64,000 nt of DNA from Candidatus Eiseniibacteriota bacterium (GTDB taxonomy: Bacteria; Eisenbacteria; RBG-16-71-46; JABDJR01): contig CAVXKA010000001.1 of the NCBI GenBank assembly GCA_963762255.1, positions 1,056,001-1,120,000 on the forward strand, written 5' to 3'. Every line of letters starts with the position of its first letter. Positions within the stretch are counted from its first letter, which is position 1. Position numbers and translations under genes: made by a program. This document shows, in pieces, positions 19,695 through 28,747 of this stretch. The notes beneath the pieces were generated by a model, which saw only the letters and a list, made by a program, of their open reading frames with translations, made no database searches and was not told the origin of the DNA.

Positions 19695-20908
19695 TCGTAG
19701 CGCAGCGCTTCGATGGGATCCAGCCCGGCGGCGCGTCGGGCCGGGTAGTAACCGAAGAACACTCCCACCGATCCGGCGAAGACCAGCGCGATCAGCACGG
19801 TGCCCGGGGAGACCGCGGTCTTCCAGCCGGTGAACGTGCCGAGCAACGCGCTCCCGCCGACGCCGACGGCGACGCCGATCAGCCCGCCGGCCAGGCTGAT
19901 CACGATGCTCTCGACCAGGAATTGGGCCAGGATATCCGCGCCGCGCGCGCCGAGCGCCATTCGCAGCCCGATCTCGCGGGTTCGCTCGGTTACGGACACG
20001 AGCATGATGTTCATGATGCCGATGCCGCCCACGACCAGGGAGATGCTGGCGATGGCGGAGAGGAGCAGGGTCATCACCTGGGTCGTCTGCTGGGCGGTGG
20101 CGGCGAGATCGCTTTGAGTTCGAACCGTGAAGTCGTCCGGCTCGTTGCCGCCGAGCTCATGCGCCTCACGCATGATCGCCCGGGCCTCGTCCTGACCGGA
20201 GGCGATGTCCTGCGACGAGGACGTGCTGACCAGAATCTGCGTGATGAAGGTGTGGCCCGACAACCGGTTCTGCACCGTCGTGTAGGGTGCGATGATCACG
20301 TCGTCCTGATCCGCGCCCTCCGCGGTCTGACCCTTGCGCTGGAGCACTCCTATGACCTTGAAGGGGACGCTGCGGATCTGTATCTGACCGCCGACCGCGT
20401 CGCCCAACGGGAACAGGTTGTCGGCGACGGTCTTCCCCAGCACCGCCACCTTTCGCATCGCGCGTACGTCACCGGCGTCGACGAAGACGCCGGAGTCGAG
20501 CCCCCAACTGCGGATCGTCTGGTAGTCTGGGTGCACGCCGAAGATGAACGTGCGCCAGTTCCCCTGGCCTCCGATCACCTGAGCCCGCGTCGTGACCACC
20601 GGAGACACCGCGGAGAGCAGGAGACTCTGATTGCGCAGCCGTTCGGCGTCCTCGATGGTGAGGCGGTTGAAACTCTGCGCGCCCTGGCTCACTCCGGCCT
20701 GGGTCGTGGCGCCGGGCGTGATCACCAGCATGTTGGTGCCGAGGCCGCGGATGCGTTCCTCGATCTGCCGCTGGGCCCCGCCGCCGATCGCCACCATCAG
20801 GATGACCGCCCCCACGCCGATGATGATCCCCAGCATGGTGAGCAGGGTCCGCATCTTCTTCTTCACGATGCTCTGTCCAGCGATTCGGACGAGAATGGCG
20901 TTTCTCAT
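19691..20908 (-). CDS. MacB-like ABC transporter permease
   Basis: LLTMLGIIIGV, GGIGIMNIMLVSVTERTREIG, PIEALRYE. Confidence 0.95.
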   Translation of the reverse strand: MRNAILVRIAGQSIVKKKMRTLLTMLGIIIGVGAVILMVAIGGGAQRQIEERIRGLGTNMLVITPGATTQAGVSQGAQSFNRLTIEDAERLRNQSLLLSAVSPVVTTRAQVIGGQGNWRTFIFGVHPDYQTIRSWGLDSGVFVDAGDVRAMRKVAVLGKTVADNLFPLGDAVGGQIQIRSVPFKVIGVLQRKGQTAEGADQDDVIIAPYTTVQNRLSGHTFITQILVSTSSSQDIASGQDEARAIMREAHELGGNEPDDFTVRTQSDLAATAQQTTQVMTLLLSAIASISLVVGGIGIMNIMLVSVTERTREIGLRMALGARGADILAQFLVESIVISLAGGLIGVAVGVGGSALLGTFTGWKTAVSPGTVLIALVFAGSVGVFFGYYPARRAAGLDPIEALRYE

Positions 20909-21663
20909 GATGTGCTCGCCGCGGCGGGGAGTTCCATGGATTCGATATCTCGCGCGGCGTCGCGACGATCCGTCACCGGCACGTCCCGGATGACGCGCCC
21001 GTCGCGCAGCTCGATCACGCGCCGCGCGTAGCGGGCGATGTCCGGCTCGTGCGTGACGAGGATGGTGGTCATTCCCTCGGCATTGAGCTCCTGAAAGAGC
21101 CCCATCACCTCGAGCGACGTGCGGGTGTCGAGGTTTCCGGTCGGCTCGTCCGCCAGAAGAAGTGCGGGGCGCGTGACGAGCGCTCGCGCGATGGCGACCC
21201 GCTGCTGCTGACCGCCCGAGAGCTCGCCAGGTTCGTGCTCCGCGCGGTCCCCCAGACCGACGCGGCGGAGCGCCTCCTGCGACAGGCGGCGCGTGTCCAG
21301 ACGACGGCCGGTGCGGTCGTATAGAAGCGGGATCTCCACGTTCTCAGTTGCGCTCGTTCGCGCCAGGAGATTGAAGGTCTGGAACACGAATCCGATCCGT
21401 CGATTGCGCAGGTCCGCGAGCTGATCGCGGTTCATCTCTTCGACCCGGGTTCCATCCAACAGATAGCTGCCGGAAGTCGGACGGTCCAGACAGCCGAGGA
21501 TGTTCATGAGCGTGGACTTCCCCGACCCCGAGGCGCCCATGATCGCGATCATCTCGCCCGGCTCCACGCGCAGCGAGACACCGCGCAGGGCGTGCACCTC
21601 GGTCTTGCCCATGCGATAGACCTTGACGAGGTCCGTGGCTTCGATGACCGGCCGCGTGTCCAT
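20905..21663 (-). CDS. MacB/LolD-like ABC ATP-binding protein
   Basis: [33 protein letters not shown]. Confidence 0.96.
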   Translation of the reverse strand: MDTRPVIEATDLVKVYRMGKTEVHALRGVSLRVEPGEMIAIMGASGSGKSTLMNILGCLDRPTSGSYLLDGTRVEEMNRDQLADLRNRRIGFVFQTFNLLARTSATENVEIPLLYDRTGRRLDTRRLSQEALRRVGLGDRAEHEPGELSGGQQQRVAIARALVTRPALLLADEPTGNLDTRTSLEVMGLFQELNAEGMTTILVTHEPDIARYARRVIELRDGRVIRDVPVTDRRDAARDIESMELPAAASTS

Positions 21664-21674
21664 GTGCGTTTTCC

Positions 21675-22868
21675 CTACATTCCCGGAGGCGGGGGACCGG
21701 GCATGCTCCGGCTCTGCTGGGTCTGGAACGGATTGACGCCGGTGGAGGATGCGGTCCCGTTGGAGATCGAGGCGATGACCTGCATGCCTTCCTTGATGCC
21801 CGAGCCGCTGATCTCCGTGTACTGGCCGTCGCTGATGCCGGTCTGAACCGGCGTCGCGGCAGGCTTGCCGGCGTTGTCGAGGATCCAGAGTCGGATCGTC
21901 GCGCCCGCGGAGCCCACTTCGGTCCTCGTGCGCGGGCCGCCGGCCGCCGCCAGCATGTCCGAGGTCGGTGTGAACCGCAGGGCGGTGTTGGAGACCTTGA
22001 GGACGTCGGTAGCCTCGGCGACGATGAACTCCGCGGTGGCGGTCATGCCCGGCAGCAGGCGACCGTCCGGATTGGCCACCGACACGACGACCGTATAGCT
22101 GACGACGTTGTCCTGGGTGGTCGGTTGCAGCCGCAGCTGCCTCACCGTGCCGGCGAACGTCTCGTTCGGGTAGGCCTGCACGGTGAACTCGACTCGCTGG
22201 CCCTCATGAATTGTTCCGATGTCGCTCTCGTCCACGGAAGCGAGGATCTCCATCGCGGCGAGATCGCCGGCGATGAGGAAGATCTGCGGCGCGGAGAGGC
22301 TGGCGGCGACGGTCTGTCCCACATCGACGGTGCGGGCCAGGACCACGCCGTCGACGGGGGCGCGCACCTCCGCATAGCTCAAGTTCTGACGCGCGCGCTC
22401 CAGGTTCACTTCCGCCGAGGTGAGAGAGGCCTGCGCCACCGTGTACTGGTACAGAGCGGTGGCGTGCTCGCTCTCGGTGCTGACCTGACGCTCGAAGAGA
22501 CGCTCGATCCGGTCCTTCTCCTGGGTGGCCTGCGTGAGCTCGGCTTGGCCGCGCAGCAGCTCCGCCTCCGCGGATCGCACCGCCTGTTTCAGGAGCGTGG
22601 GATCGACGAGCGCGATGAGTTGACCCGCGGTGACGCGATCGTTGAAGTCCGCGTAGATCGCGGTGATCTTGCCCGAAACCTGCGTGCCGACCTCCACGGT
22701 CTTGATCGCCTGGAGCTTCCCGGTGCTGGAAACCACCGAGCGCACCGTGCCTCGCGAGATCTGGACGAACCGGAACTCCGTTTCGCTCGAGCGCCCCTGG
22801 CTCACGATCACCCAGGCGGCGACCGCGGCGATGGCGATGAGTGCGGGAATGACGATCTTCTTCTTCAT
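21675..22868 (-). CDS. MacA-like periplasmic adaptor
   Basis: VEVGTQVSG, APVDGVVL, GQTVAASL, LLPGMTA. Confidence 0.93.
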   Translation of the reverse strand: MKKKIVIPALIAIAAVAAWVIVSQGRSSETEFRFVQISRGTVRSVVSSTGKLQAIKTVEVGTQVSGKITAIYADFNDRVTAGQLIALVDPTLLKQAVRSAEAELLRGQAELTQATQEKDRIERLFERQVSTESEHATALYQYTVAQASLTSAEVNLERARQNLSYAEVRAPVDGVVLARTVDVGQTVAASLSAPQIFLIAGDLAAMEILASVDESDIGTIHEGQRVEFTVQAYPNETFAGTVRQLRLQPTTQDNVVSYTVVVSVANPDGRLLPGMTATAEFIVAEATDVLKVSNTALRFTPTSDMLAAAGGPRTRTEVGSAGATIRLWILDNAGKPAATPVQTGISDGQYTEISGSGIKEGMQVIASISNGTASSTGVNPFQTQQSRSMPGPPPPGM

Positions 22869-22890
22869 GGCCTCTCTCCGTCGCTGACGC

Positions 22891-23790
22891 TCACTCCGAC
22901 CCGGCGGCCGTGCTCAAGAGCACGGAGATCCACAGGTTGAGCGGCTCGCTTGCTTCAGGTCCGCCGCCGGCGCCTGGTCCGCGGCCTCCCGGTCCACCCA
23001 TGCCGCCACCGGGCCCGCCACCCATCCCACCACCGGGGCCGCCCATGCCGCCACCGGGCCCGCCGCCCATGCCGCCTTCGGGTCCACCGTCGCCCATATC
23101 GCCGCCCAGCCCTCCGGTTCCGCGTCCACCCTTGGGGCGGCCGGCCGGTCGCGTCATCTCCGCGGTCTCGATCCCCACCGCCAGGATTCCCTTCTCCGAA
23201 GCTCCGATTGCGTACGGCGTCTCCGCGGTCTTGTGGAACGGCACCTTGATCTCGAAGGCGAGAAGACCCTTCGACAGGTTCATCGCGACTTCGATCCCGC
23301 CTTCGCCCGGCTTGAGCACGTGCCCCGCACCGCCCTTCGGATCCACGATCTCGAGTTCTTTCGGGAGATCCTTGAATGCCTCCCCCAGGAAATCGGGCGC
23401 GCCGCCCTTGCCGGGGGACGGCATCAGGAGACGGCGCTCCTCATCTTTCAGAGTGCGCGGGTAGCGGATCCCGAACTGCTTTTCCTTCTTGCCGGTGGGG
23501 TTGAACCAGATCGTGAATCCCCCGGTCAGCACCTGGGCGAGGGCCCCGCGATCCTCGGTGAAGAGCGCGATGTAGAGATTCGTGTCGTCGTTCTGCAGGC
23601 CGACGCTGATCTGCTGATCTTCGAAGTACGTGATCGCGCCGTCCCATTCCGTGTTCTGCGCGTCGATCGCTACGTCACCGCCGCTCCACCGGCTCCAAAA
23701 CTTCTCTCCTCCACAACCGACGATCGCGACGGCGGCGATTGCTGCGATCCAGACCGCCAGGGTTCCGCTTCCTCTTCTCTGCGATGCCAT
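22891..23790 (-). CDS. Hypothetical lipoprotein with Gly/Met/Pro-rich C-terminal repeats
   Basis: Lipobox IVGC; repeated GGMGGGPG; AGGAG RBS upstream of ATG 23790; first gene of the Mac operon. Confidence 0.75.
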   Translation of the reverse strand: MASQRRGSGTLAVWIAAIAAVAIVGCGGEKFWSRWSGGDVAIDAQNTEWDGAITYFEDQQISVGLQNDDTNLYIALFTEDRGALAQVLTGGFTIWFNPTGKKEKQFGIRYPRTLKDEERRLLMPSPGKGGAPDFLGEAFKDLPKELEIVDPKGGAGHVLKPGEGGIEVAMNLSKGLLAFEIKVPFHKTAETPYAIGASEKGILAVGIETAEMTRPAGRPKGGRGTGGLGGDMGDGGPEGGMGGGPGGGMGGPGGGMGGGPGGGMGGPGGRGPGAGGGPEASEPLNLWISVLLSTAAGSE

Positions 23791-23890
23791 GAACTTCGTC
23801 TCCTCTCGCGACGTCGGGGTTGACGGCGGGGGAGTCGAGTTCGACGGAGGGGAACTCCCGGGCCTGTCTCGCGACATAGGAGTGCCATCC

Positions 23891-23905
23891 GCAGGAAGCG
23901 TGCCG
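23891..23905 (-). promoter_or_regulatory. Sigma-54 (-24/-12) promoter CGGCAC-N5-CTGC
   Basis: GG-N10-GC spacing with GGCAC core, about 100 bp upstream of an operon that ends in a sigma-54 activator. Confidence 0.65.
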
Positions 23906-23956
23906 AGGCTCTCTGCCCGATTCGATGGGGGCTCGGGGATTCAGCGGCGTGCTGAA

Positions 23957-23993
23957 GCTGTCGATTCCGCAGCGGGACTGCGGAATCGACAGC
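23957..23993. promoter_or_regulatory. Perfect 16-bp inverted repeat (terminator of the blaR1 gene and/or activator binding site)
   Basis: gctgtcgattccgcag-cggga-ctgcggaatcgacagc, between the blaR1 stop (24032) and the sigma-54 promoter. Confidence 0.55.
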
Positions 23994-24031
23994 GGGCGAG
24001 GAGGGATGCGACGAGGCTCTCGGGCGGCGGA

Positions 24032-25366
24032 TCAGCCCTTCGGCTTGGCCTTGTCCGCGCCAAGCTTGAAGTCGAACGGGATGACGATCTCGGTTGCGAC
24101 CGGCTTGCCGTCCTTCATGGCCGGCGTGAACCGCCATTGCCGGGTCGCCTGCGTGGCGGCGTCGGTGAAGGAGGGCCATTCCTTCACGACCTGGGCAGGG
24201 ACGATCTTGGAGATCTCCCCCTTCTCGTTCAGCGTCACGGTAAGGAGAACCCGGCCCTCGGCCCCGGCCTTGAGGGCGTCTTCGGGGTACTTGGGCGGGA
24301 CCTGGTGGATCACGGTCGGCTGCACCAGTGCGGTGTCGGATGCGGCCGGATCCCCCGCACGCACGTTGAGCGGCAACAATGACCCGGCGATGAGGAGCAT
24401 CGCCGCGCCGGCGAGGATGAGTCGGTAACGGAGCATGGGTACGGTCCTCCATGAGGTGGATAGGCGGTCGAGCCGCCGTCGGATGAGTCCTTCGCCGCCG
24501 TCCCCCAGGGTCGAGGTGAGCGCGGCAGGGGCGAACCCCAGCTTCATGGCGCGGGCCAGGGCACGTGTATAGACCGCGGGCGACACGCCGCGGCGCAGTG
24601 CGCTCTCGTCGCAGGCGAACTCCGCGGACTCGTGCATCCTCCGCAGCAGCCAGTGGAGAGGCGGATAGAAGAAGAACCATCCGGCGATCAGGCGTTGCGC
24701 CAGAGCGCGCAGGGGATCGAACCGGCGGCGGTGCGCGTCCTCGTGCAGCAGGATGGCCCGCAGCTCCTCGCGAGGGAGAAGCTCCACGAGCCGCAGGGGC
24801 AAGATGATCGCGGGCCGGAGGAAGCCGGTCACCGCCGGCATCACCGAGCCCTCGGTGATGCGCACGCGACCGGCGGGGATACCGTGTGCGCGGGTGAGCG
24901 AGGCGAGCTTGCCGCTCAACGGATCGGGGAGCGCGTCGATGGGCCCGCCGAGGCCTCGGCGGGCGGCGCGCAGATCGGCGAGCAAACGGGCCATCGACCA
25001 CGCGACTCCGCCGACCCAGAGTGCGGTGACGGCGCCTAGAAGCGTCGCGGGGATCGCCCCGTGAGCCGCACCGGCGCTCGCATGCCGCGCGGGATCGAGC
25101 AGCGCGCGCACCGGCGCGAGCATGTGGAGGGGAGCGGATACGGCATCGAAGCGTTCCCCCGCCGCGAGCGTGACGGCGCCCAGGAGGCCCAGGGGCAGCC
25201 AGAGCTTGAGAAATCCGAGGCTCCACAGGAGTTCGGCGGTGCGGGCCGGCGCCCGGCGCAGTCCACGACTCAACAGCGCGAGCGCGGCGAGCACGAGCGT
25301 GCTCTGCCACAGATGCGTGAGGATCCCGACCCAGAACGCGAGAAGGAGGGGCTGCGCATCGCTCAT
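24032..25366 (-). CDS. BlaR1/M56 family peptidase fused to a TonB C-terminal domain
   Basis: ILLHEDAHRRRFD (HExxH), EFACDE; C-terminal PKYPEDA...WRFTPA...GKPV (TonB_C). Confidence 0.9.
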   Translation of the reverse strand: MSDAQPLLLAFWVGILTHLWQSTLVLAALALLSRGLRRAPARTAELLWSLGFLKLWLPLGLLGAVTLAAGERFDAVSAPLHMLAPVRALLDPARHASAGAAHGAIPATLLGAVTALWVGGVAWSMARLLADLRAARRGLGGPIDALPDPLSGKLASLTRAHGIPAGRVRITEGSVMPAVTGFLRPAIILPLRLVELLPREELRAILLHEDAHRRRFDPLRALAQRLIAGWFFFYPPLHWLLRRMHESAEFACDESALRRGVSPAVYTRALARAMKLGFAPAALTSTLGDGGEGLIRRRLDRLSTSWRTVPMLRYRLILAGAAMLLIAGSLLPLNVRAGDPAASDTALVQPTVIHQVPPKYPEDALKAGAEGRVLLTVTLNEKGEISKIVPAQVVKEWPSFTDAATQATRQWRFTPAMKDGKPVATEIVIPFDFKLGADKAKPKG

Positions 25367-25755
25367 CGCTTGGTCCTCGCGCGCGGAGTGCGCTTGGGCA
25401 ATCCCTCCTCGATCGCCTTGAGATCCTCCACGGACATCGCGTCCATCTCGGCGAGGTGAGCGACAAGCGGCGCGGCCGATCCGTCGAAGAGCGTGTCGAG
25501 GAACCGGCGGATCTCCTTGCGGATCATGGCCGGCGCGGAGACGGTGGAGCGATAGACCCAGGCCTTGCCGTCCTGGCGCACGCGCTCGATCGCGCCCTTT
25601 TCCTCGAGCCGCTCCATGATCTTGCGCACGGTGGAGTAGCTGGGGGAGGCGGGGAGCGAGGCGTGAACGTCGCGCACGGAGCCCTCGCCGAGGACCCACA
25701 GGCGGCGCAAGCACTGGATTTCGAACCGGGAGAGATCCGGAAGAGAGCGTTTCAA
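25363..25755 (-). CDS. BlaI/MecI/CopY family repressor
   Basis: LSRFEIQCLRRLW, SYSTVRKIMERLEEKG, FDGSAAPLVAHL; TTG start assumed. Confidence 0.9.
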   Translation of the reverse strand: MKRSLPDLSRFEIQCLRRLWVLGEGSVRDVHASLPASPSYSTVRKIMERLEEKGAIERVRQDGKAWVYRSTVSAPAMIRKEIRRFLDTLFDGSAAPLVAHLAEMDAMSVEDLKAIEEGLPKRTPRARTKR

Positions 25756-25792
25756 GCGGTGATTCCCAAGCCCGGGAAGATCAACGCCCGAT

Positions 25793-25821
25793 AGTATGCG
25801 ACAAGTGTCGCATAAGGTCAA
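25793..25821 (-). promoter_or_regulatory. blaI promoter (TTGACC-N17-CATACT) overlapped by the operator palindrome TATGCGACA-AG-TGTCGCATA (25795-25814)
   Basis: Perfect 9-2-9 palindrome with an ACA-NN-TGT core like BlaI/MecI/CopY boxes. Confidence 0.8.
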
Positions 25822-25851
25822 GCGGGAAGTGTCGACGCGCCGGGCCGGCCC

Positions 25852-27396
25852 CTAGTGCGTCGCGGAGCCCGCCGGCTCCACCAGCGCGGCCAGCTTCGTC
25901 CCCGACGCGGCCTGCACGTCCCTGTGGAGCGAGCCGCCGTGGCTATCCATGGTGACCATGGCCGGGAAGTTCTCGACCTCGATCTCCCACATCGCCTCGG
26001 GGGTGCCGAACTCCAGAAGATGGACCGCGGTCACCTGTTGGATGCAGCGGGCGTAGTACTGCGCCGCCCCACCGATGGCATTCAGGTACACCGCGCCGTG
26101 CTCCTTGAGCCCGGCCAGCGTCTTGGGCCCCATGCCCCCCTTGCCGATCACCGCGCGGATGCCGAAGCGACCGATGACGTCGGCCTGATAGGGCTCTTCG
26201 CGGATGCTGGTCGTGGGCCCCGCCGCGGTCATGATCCACTTCTCGCCTTCCTTCATCACCACGGGTCCGCAGTGGTAGAGCGCGGCGCCTCGCAGATCCA
26301 CCGGCGCGTCGTGCTTCATGAGGTAGGCGTGTACCGCGTCGCGCCCCGTCACCATGCGACCGTTCAAGAGCACGATGTCGCCCACGTGCAGCTCGCGCAC
26401 CTGCGCCTCGGTCAACGGCATCGTCAAGACCTTCTCCTGGCCGGTGCGCGTGAACCCGGCACCGGTGGCCATCGGCTTGATCGGCTCGTCGCGATAGAGC
26501 CAGCGTTTGATCGCGCCGGTCTTGGCGTCGAGCACGACGCCGAGGCGCCGATAGGCCCAGCAGTCGTAGGCGACGGACACGAAGAACGAGGCGGGCAGCC
26601 GGTTCAGGACGCCGATCTTGCAGCCCAGGAGCGTGACTGCGCCGCCGAAGCCCATCGTCCCGATGCCGAGCGTGTTGGCCGACTCCAGGATCTGCGCTTC
26701 AAGCGACGCCAGCTCCGCAACCGGGTTCACGTCGTCGAGCGTGCGGAAGAGCTGCTTCTTGGCGTGTTCGTAGCCGTTCGCGCGGTCGCCGCCGATGCAC
26801 ACGCCGATCGCTCCCGCGCTGCAACCATGTCCCTGCGCCTGCCACACCGCGTGGAGGATGCACTTGCGCACGCCCTCCAGCGTGCGGTCGGCGCGGCCCA
26901 TGTGATCGAGGTCGGCCGGCACCGAATACTGGATGTTCTTGTTCTCGCAACCGCCCCCCTTCAGGAGCAGGCGCACCTCGATCTCGTCGTCGTTCTCCCA
27001 CTGTTCGAAGTGAACGGTGGGCGTACCCGGCCCCAGGTTGTTGCCGCTGTTCTTTCCGGTGATCGAATCGACGGAGTTGGGACGGAGCTTGCCGAGCTTC
27101 GTGGCCTCGGCGAGCGCGGCCCGGATCTTTTCCCCGATCGCGATCTGACTCGCGCCCACCGGCGCCTTGATCTCGAACGTCGGCCAGCCGGTGTCCTGAC
27201 AGATCGGGCCGACGCCCTCGCAGGCGAGATCGATGTTCTCGGCGATGATGGCCAGCGCCTGAGCGCTGCGCGTGCCGGCCTCCTCCCGCTCCATTGCCCG
27301 CGTCATCGCGCGGCGCACGTCGGGGGGAAGGTTGGTCGAGGTCTCGGTGATGAGCTTGACCATCGATGCGTGCAGTTCGGCGAGGTGTTCCGGCAT
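25852..27396 (-). CDS. Class I Fe-S fumarate hydratase (fused alpha/beta domains)
   Basis: PICQDTG, KGGGCEN, GRDAVH, AGPTTSIR, IGKGGM, DSHGGSLH. Confidence 0.93.
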   Translation of the reverse strand: MPEHLAELHASMVKLITETSTNLPPDVRRAMTRAMEREEAGTRSAQALAIIAENIDLACEGVGPICQDTGWPTFEIKAPVGASQIAIGEKIRAALAEATKLGKLRPNSVDSITGKNSGNNLGPGTPTVHFEQWENDDEIEVRLLLKGGGCENKNIQYSVPADLDHMGRADRTLEGVRKCILHAVWQAQGHGCSAGAIGVCIGGDRANGYEHAKKQLFRTLDDVNPVAELASLEAQILESANTLGIGTMGFGGAVTLLGCKIGVLNRLPASFFVSVAYDCWAYRRLGVVLDAKTGAIKRWLYRDEPIKPMATGAGFTRTGQEKVLTMPLTEAQVRELHVGDIVLLNGRMVTGRDAVHAYLMKHDAPVDLRGAALYHCGPVVMKEGEKWIMTAAGPTTSIREEPYQADVIGRFGIRAVIGKGGMGPKTLAGLKEHGAVYLNAIGGAAQYYARCIQQVTAVHLLEFGTPEAMWEIEVENFPAMVTMDSHGGSLHRDVQAASGTKLAALVEPAGSATH

Positions 27397-27551
27397 TATG
27401 ATTCTCCTGAAGAAGGTGATACATGCATGATACCCGGATCCACGCCGCCGGGATGGCTCGCTTTACTCGTAAACACAATTCTCCCGCGGCGCGCCGGGGG
27501 CGCATCCAGCCCTCTAACCTTTTTCAACGTAGAGACTTATACTTGAGTTCC

Positions 27552-28733
27552 ATGAGCAAGTCCCAACCGGTCGGTCCCCACCGGCGGTTCCTGGTCACGA
27601 CCGCCGCCGGGATCGAGCCGCTCCTCGTCGATGAACTGCGCGAGATGGGCCTCGATCCCGAGCCTACTCCCGCCGGCCCGCTTGTGCTGCAGGGTGGCTG
27701 GGACACCGCGGCGACGGTGCTCATCCGCTCGCGCATCGCCTCGCGGCTCTTGCTCTCGCTCCGCGAGTTCTCGGCGCGCAGTCAGGCCATGCTCTACGAC
27801 CAGGTGCGCCGCATCGACTGGCCGACTCTCTTCTCGCCCTCGCTGACCGTCGCGATTCACGCGCACGGATCCACCGAGGGCACCGACTACGCGATCTCTT
27901 TCGCGCCGCTCAAGATCAAGGACGCGATCTGCGACGAGTACCGTCACAAAGGCCAACTCCGCCCGAACGTGGATCGGCACAACCCCGACGTGCGTCTCAC
28001 CGCGTTCTTCCATCACGGCCGCTGCGAGATCTCGGTGGATCTCTCGGGCGAGCCGCTGCATCGGCGCGGCTATCGCGCGGAAGGCGCCGAGGCCCCGCTC
28101 CGTGAGAACCGGGCCGCCGCCCTGCTGCGGTTCGCGGGGTACGATGGGTCCGGACCGCTGATCGATCCCTTCTGCGGGAGCGGCACCGTGGCCATCGAGG
28201 CGGCGCTGATCGCGATGCGACGCGCGCCCGGGCTCCTGCGGCCGATAAACCGGTTCGCGGCCGGCGCGCTCTTCCCGGAGGCCCGGACCGCACTCGAATC
28301 CGAGCGCGCGCGGGCAATGGCGGAGACGCTCGGTGTGCCGCCGCATGCGATCGCCGGGAGCGACCTGTCGGAGCCCACGCTGGCTATCGCGCGAAGCAAC
28401 GCGGCCAAGGCCGGTGTGGATCGCTTCGTGCGGTTCGAACTGAAGGACGCGCTGGAGATCGAGGCCGGGGGCGGTTGGATCGTGAGCAACCCACCCTATG
28501 GGGAGCGTCTCGCCGACCGGGACAGCGCGATCGCCCTCTTGCACGAGTTCGTGCATCGGATCAAGCATCATGGCACCGATTCGAAGCTCGCCCTCGTGCT
28601 GCCGCGCGGGGATCTCGAGAAGGCGGTGGGGCTCAAGTTTTCGAAGCGGCTTGCCGTGGAGAGCGGCTCGCTCGGCCTGCGGTTTCTCTTGTTCGAGATC
28701 TACTCTGGGAGTCGCAAGGGCGCGCGCTCGTAG
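27552..28733 (+). CDS. THUMP-domain RNA methyltransferase (RlmL-like)
   Basis: LHRRGYR, APLRENRAAA, DPFCGSGT, SNPPYGERL. Confidence 0.92.
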   Translation: MSKSQPVGPHRRFLVTTAAGIEPLLVDELREMGLDPEPTPAGPLVLQGGWDTAATVLIRSRIASRLLLSLREFSARSQAMLYDQVRRIDWPTLFSPSLTVAIHAHGSTEGTDYAISFAPLKIKDAICDEYRHKGQLRPNVDRHNPDVRLTAFFHHGRCEISVDLSGEPLHRRGYRAEGAEAPLRENRAAALLRFAGYDGSGPLIDPFCGSGTVAIEAALIAMRRAPGLLRPINRFAAGALFPEARTALESERARAMAETLGVPPHAIAGSDLSEPTLAIARSNAAKAGVDRFVRFELKDALEIEAGGGWIVSNPPYGERLADRDSAIALLHEFVHRIKHHGTDSKLALVLPRGDLEKAVGLKFSKRLAVESGSLGLRFLLFEIYSGSRKGARS

Positions 28734-28747
28734 TCCGGAGGTAGCCC

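Noticed and set aside
22990-23110. GC-rich short repeats
   Set aside because: They encode the Gly/Met/Pro low-complexity tail of the lipoprotein.
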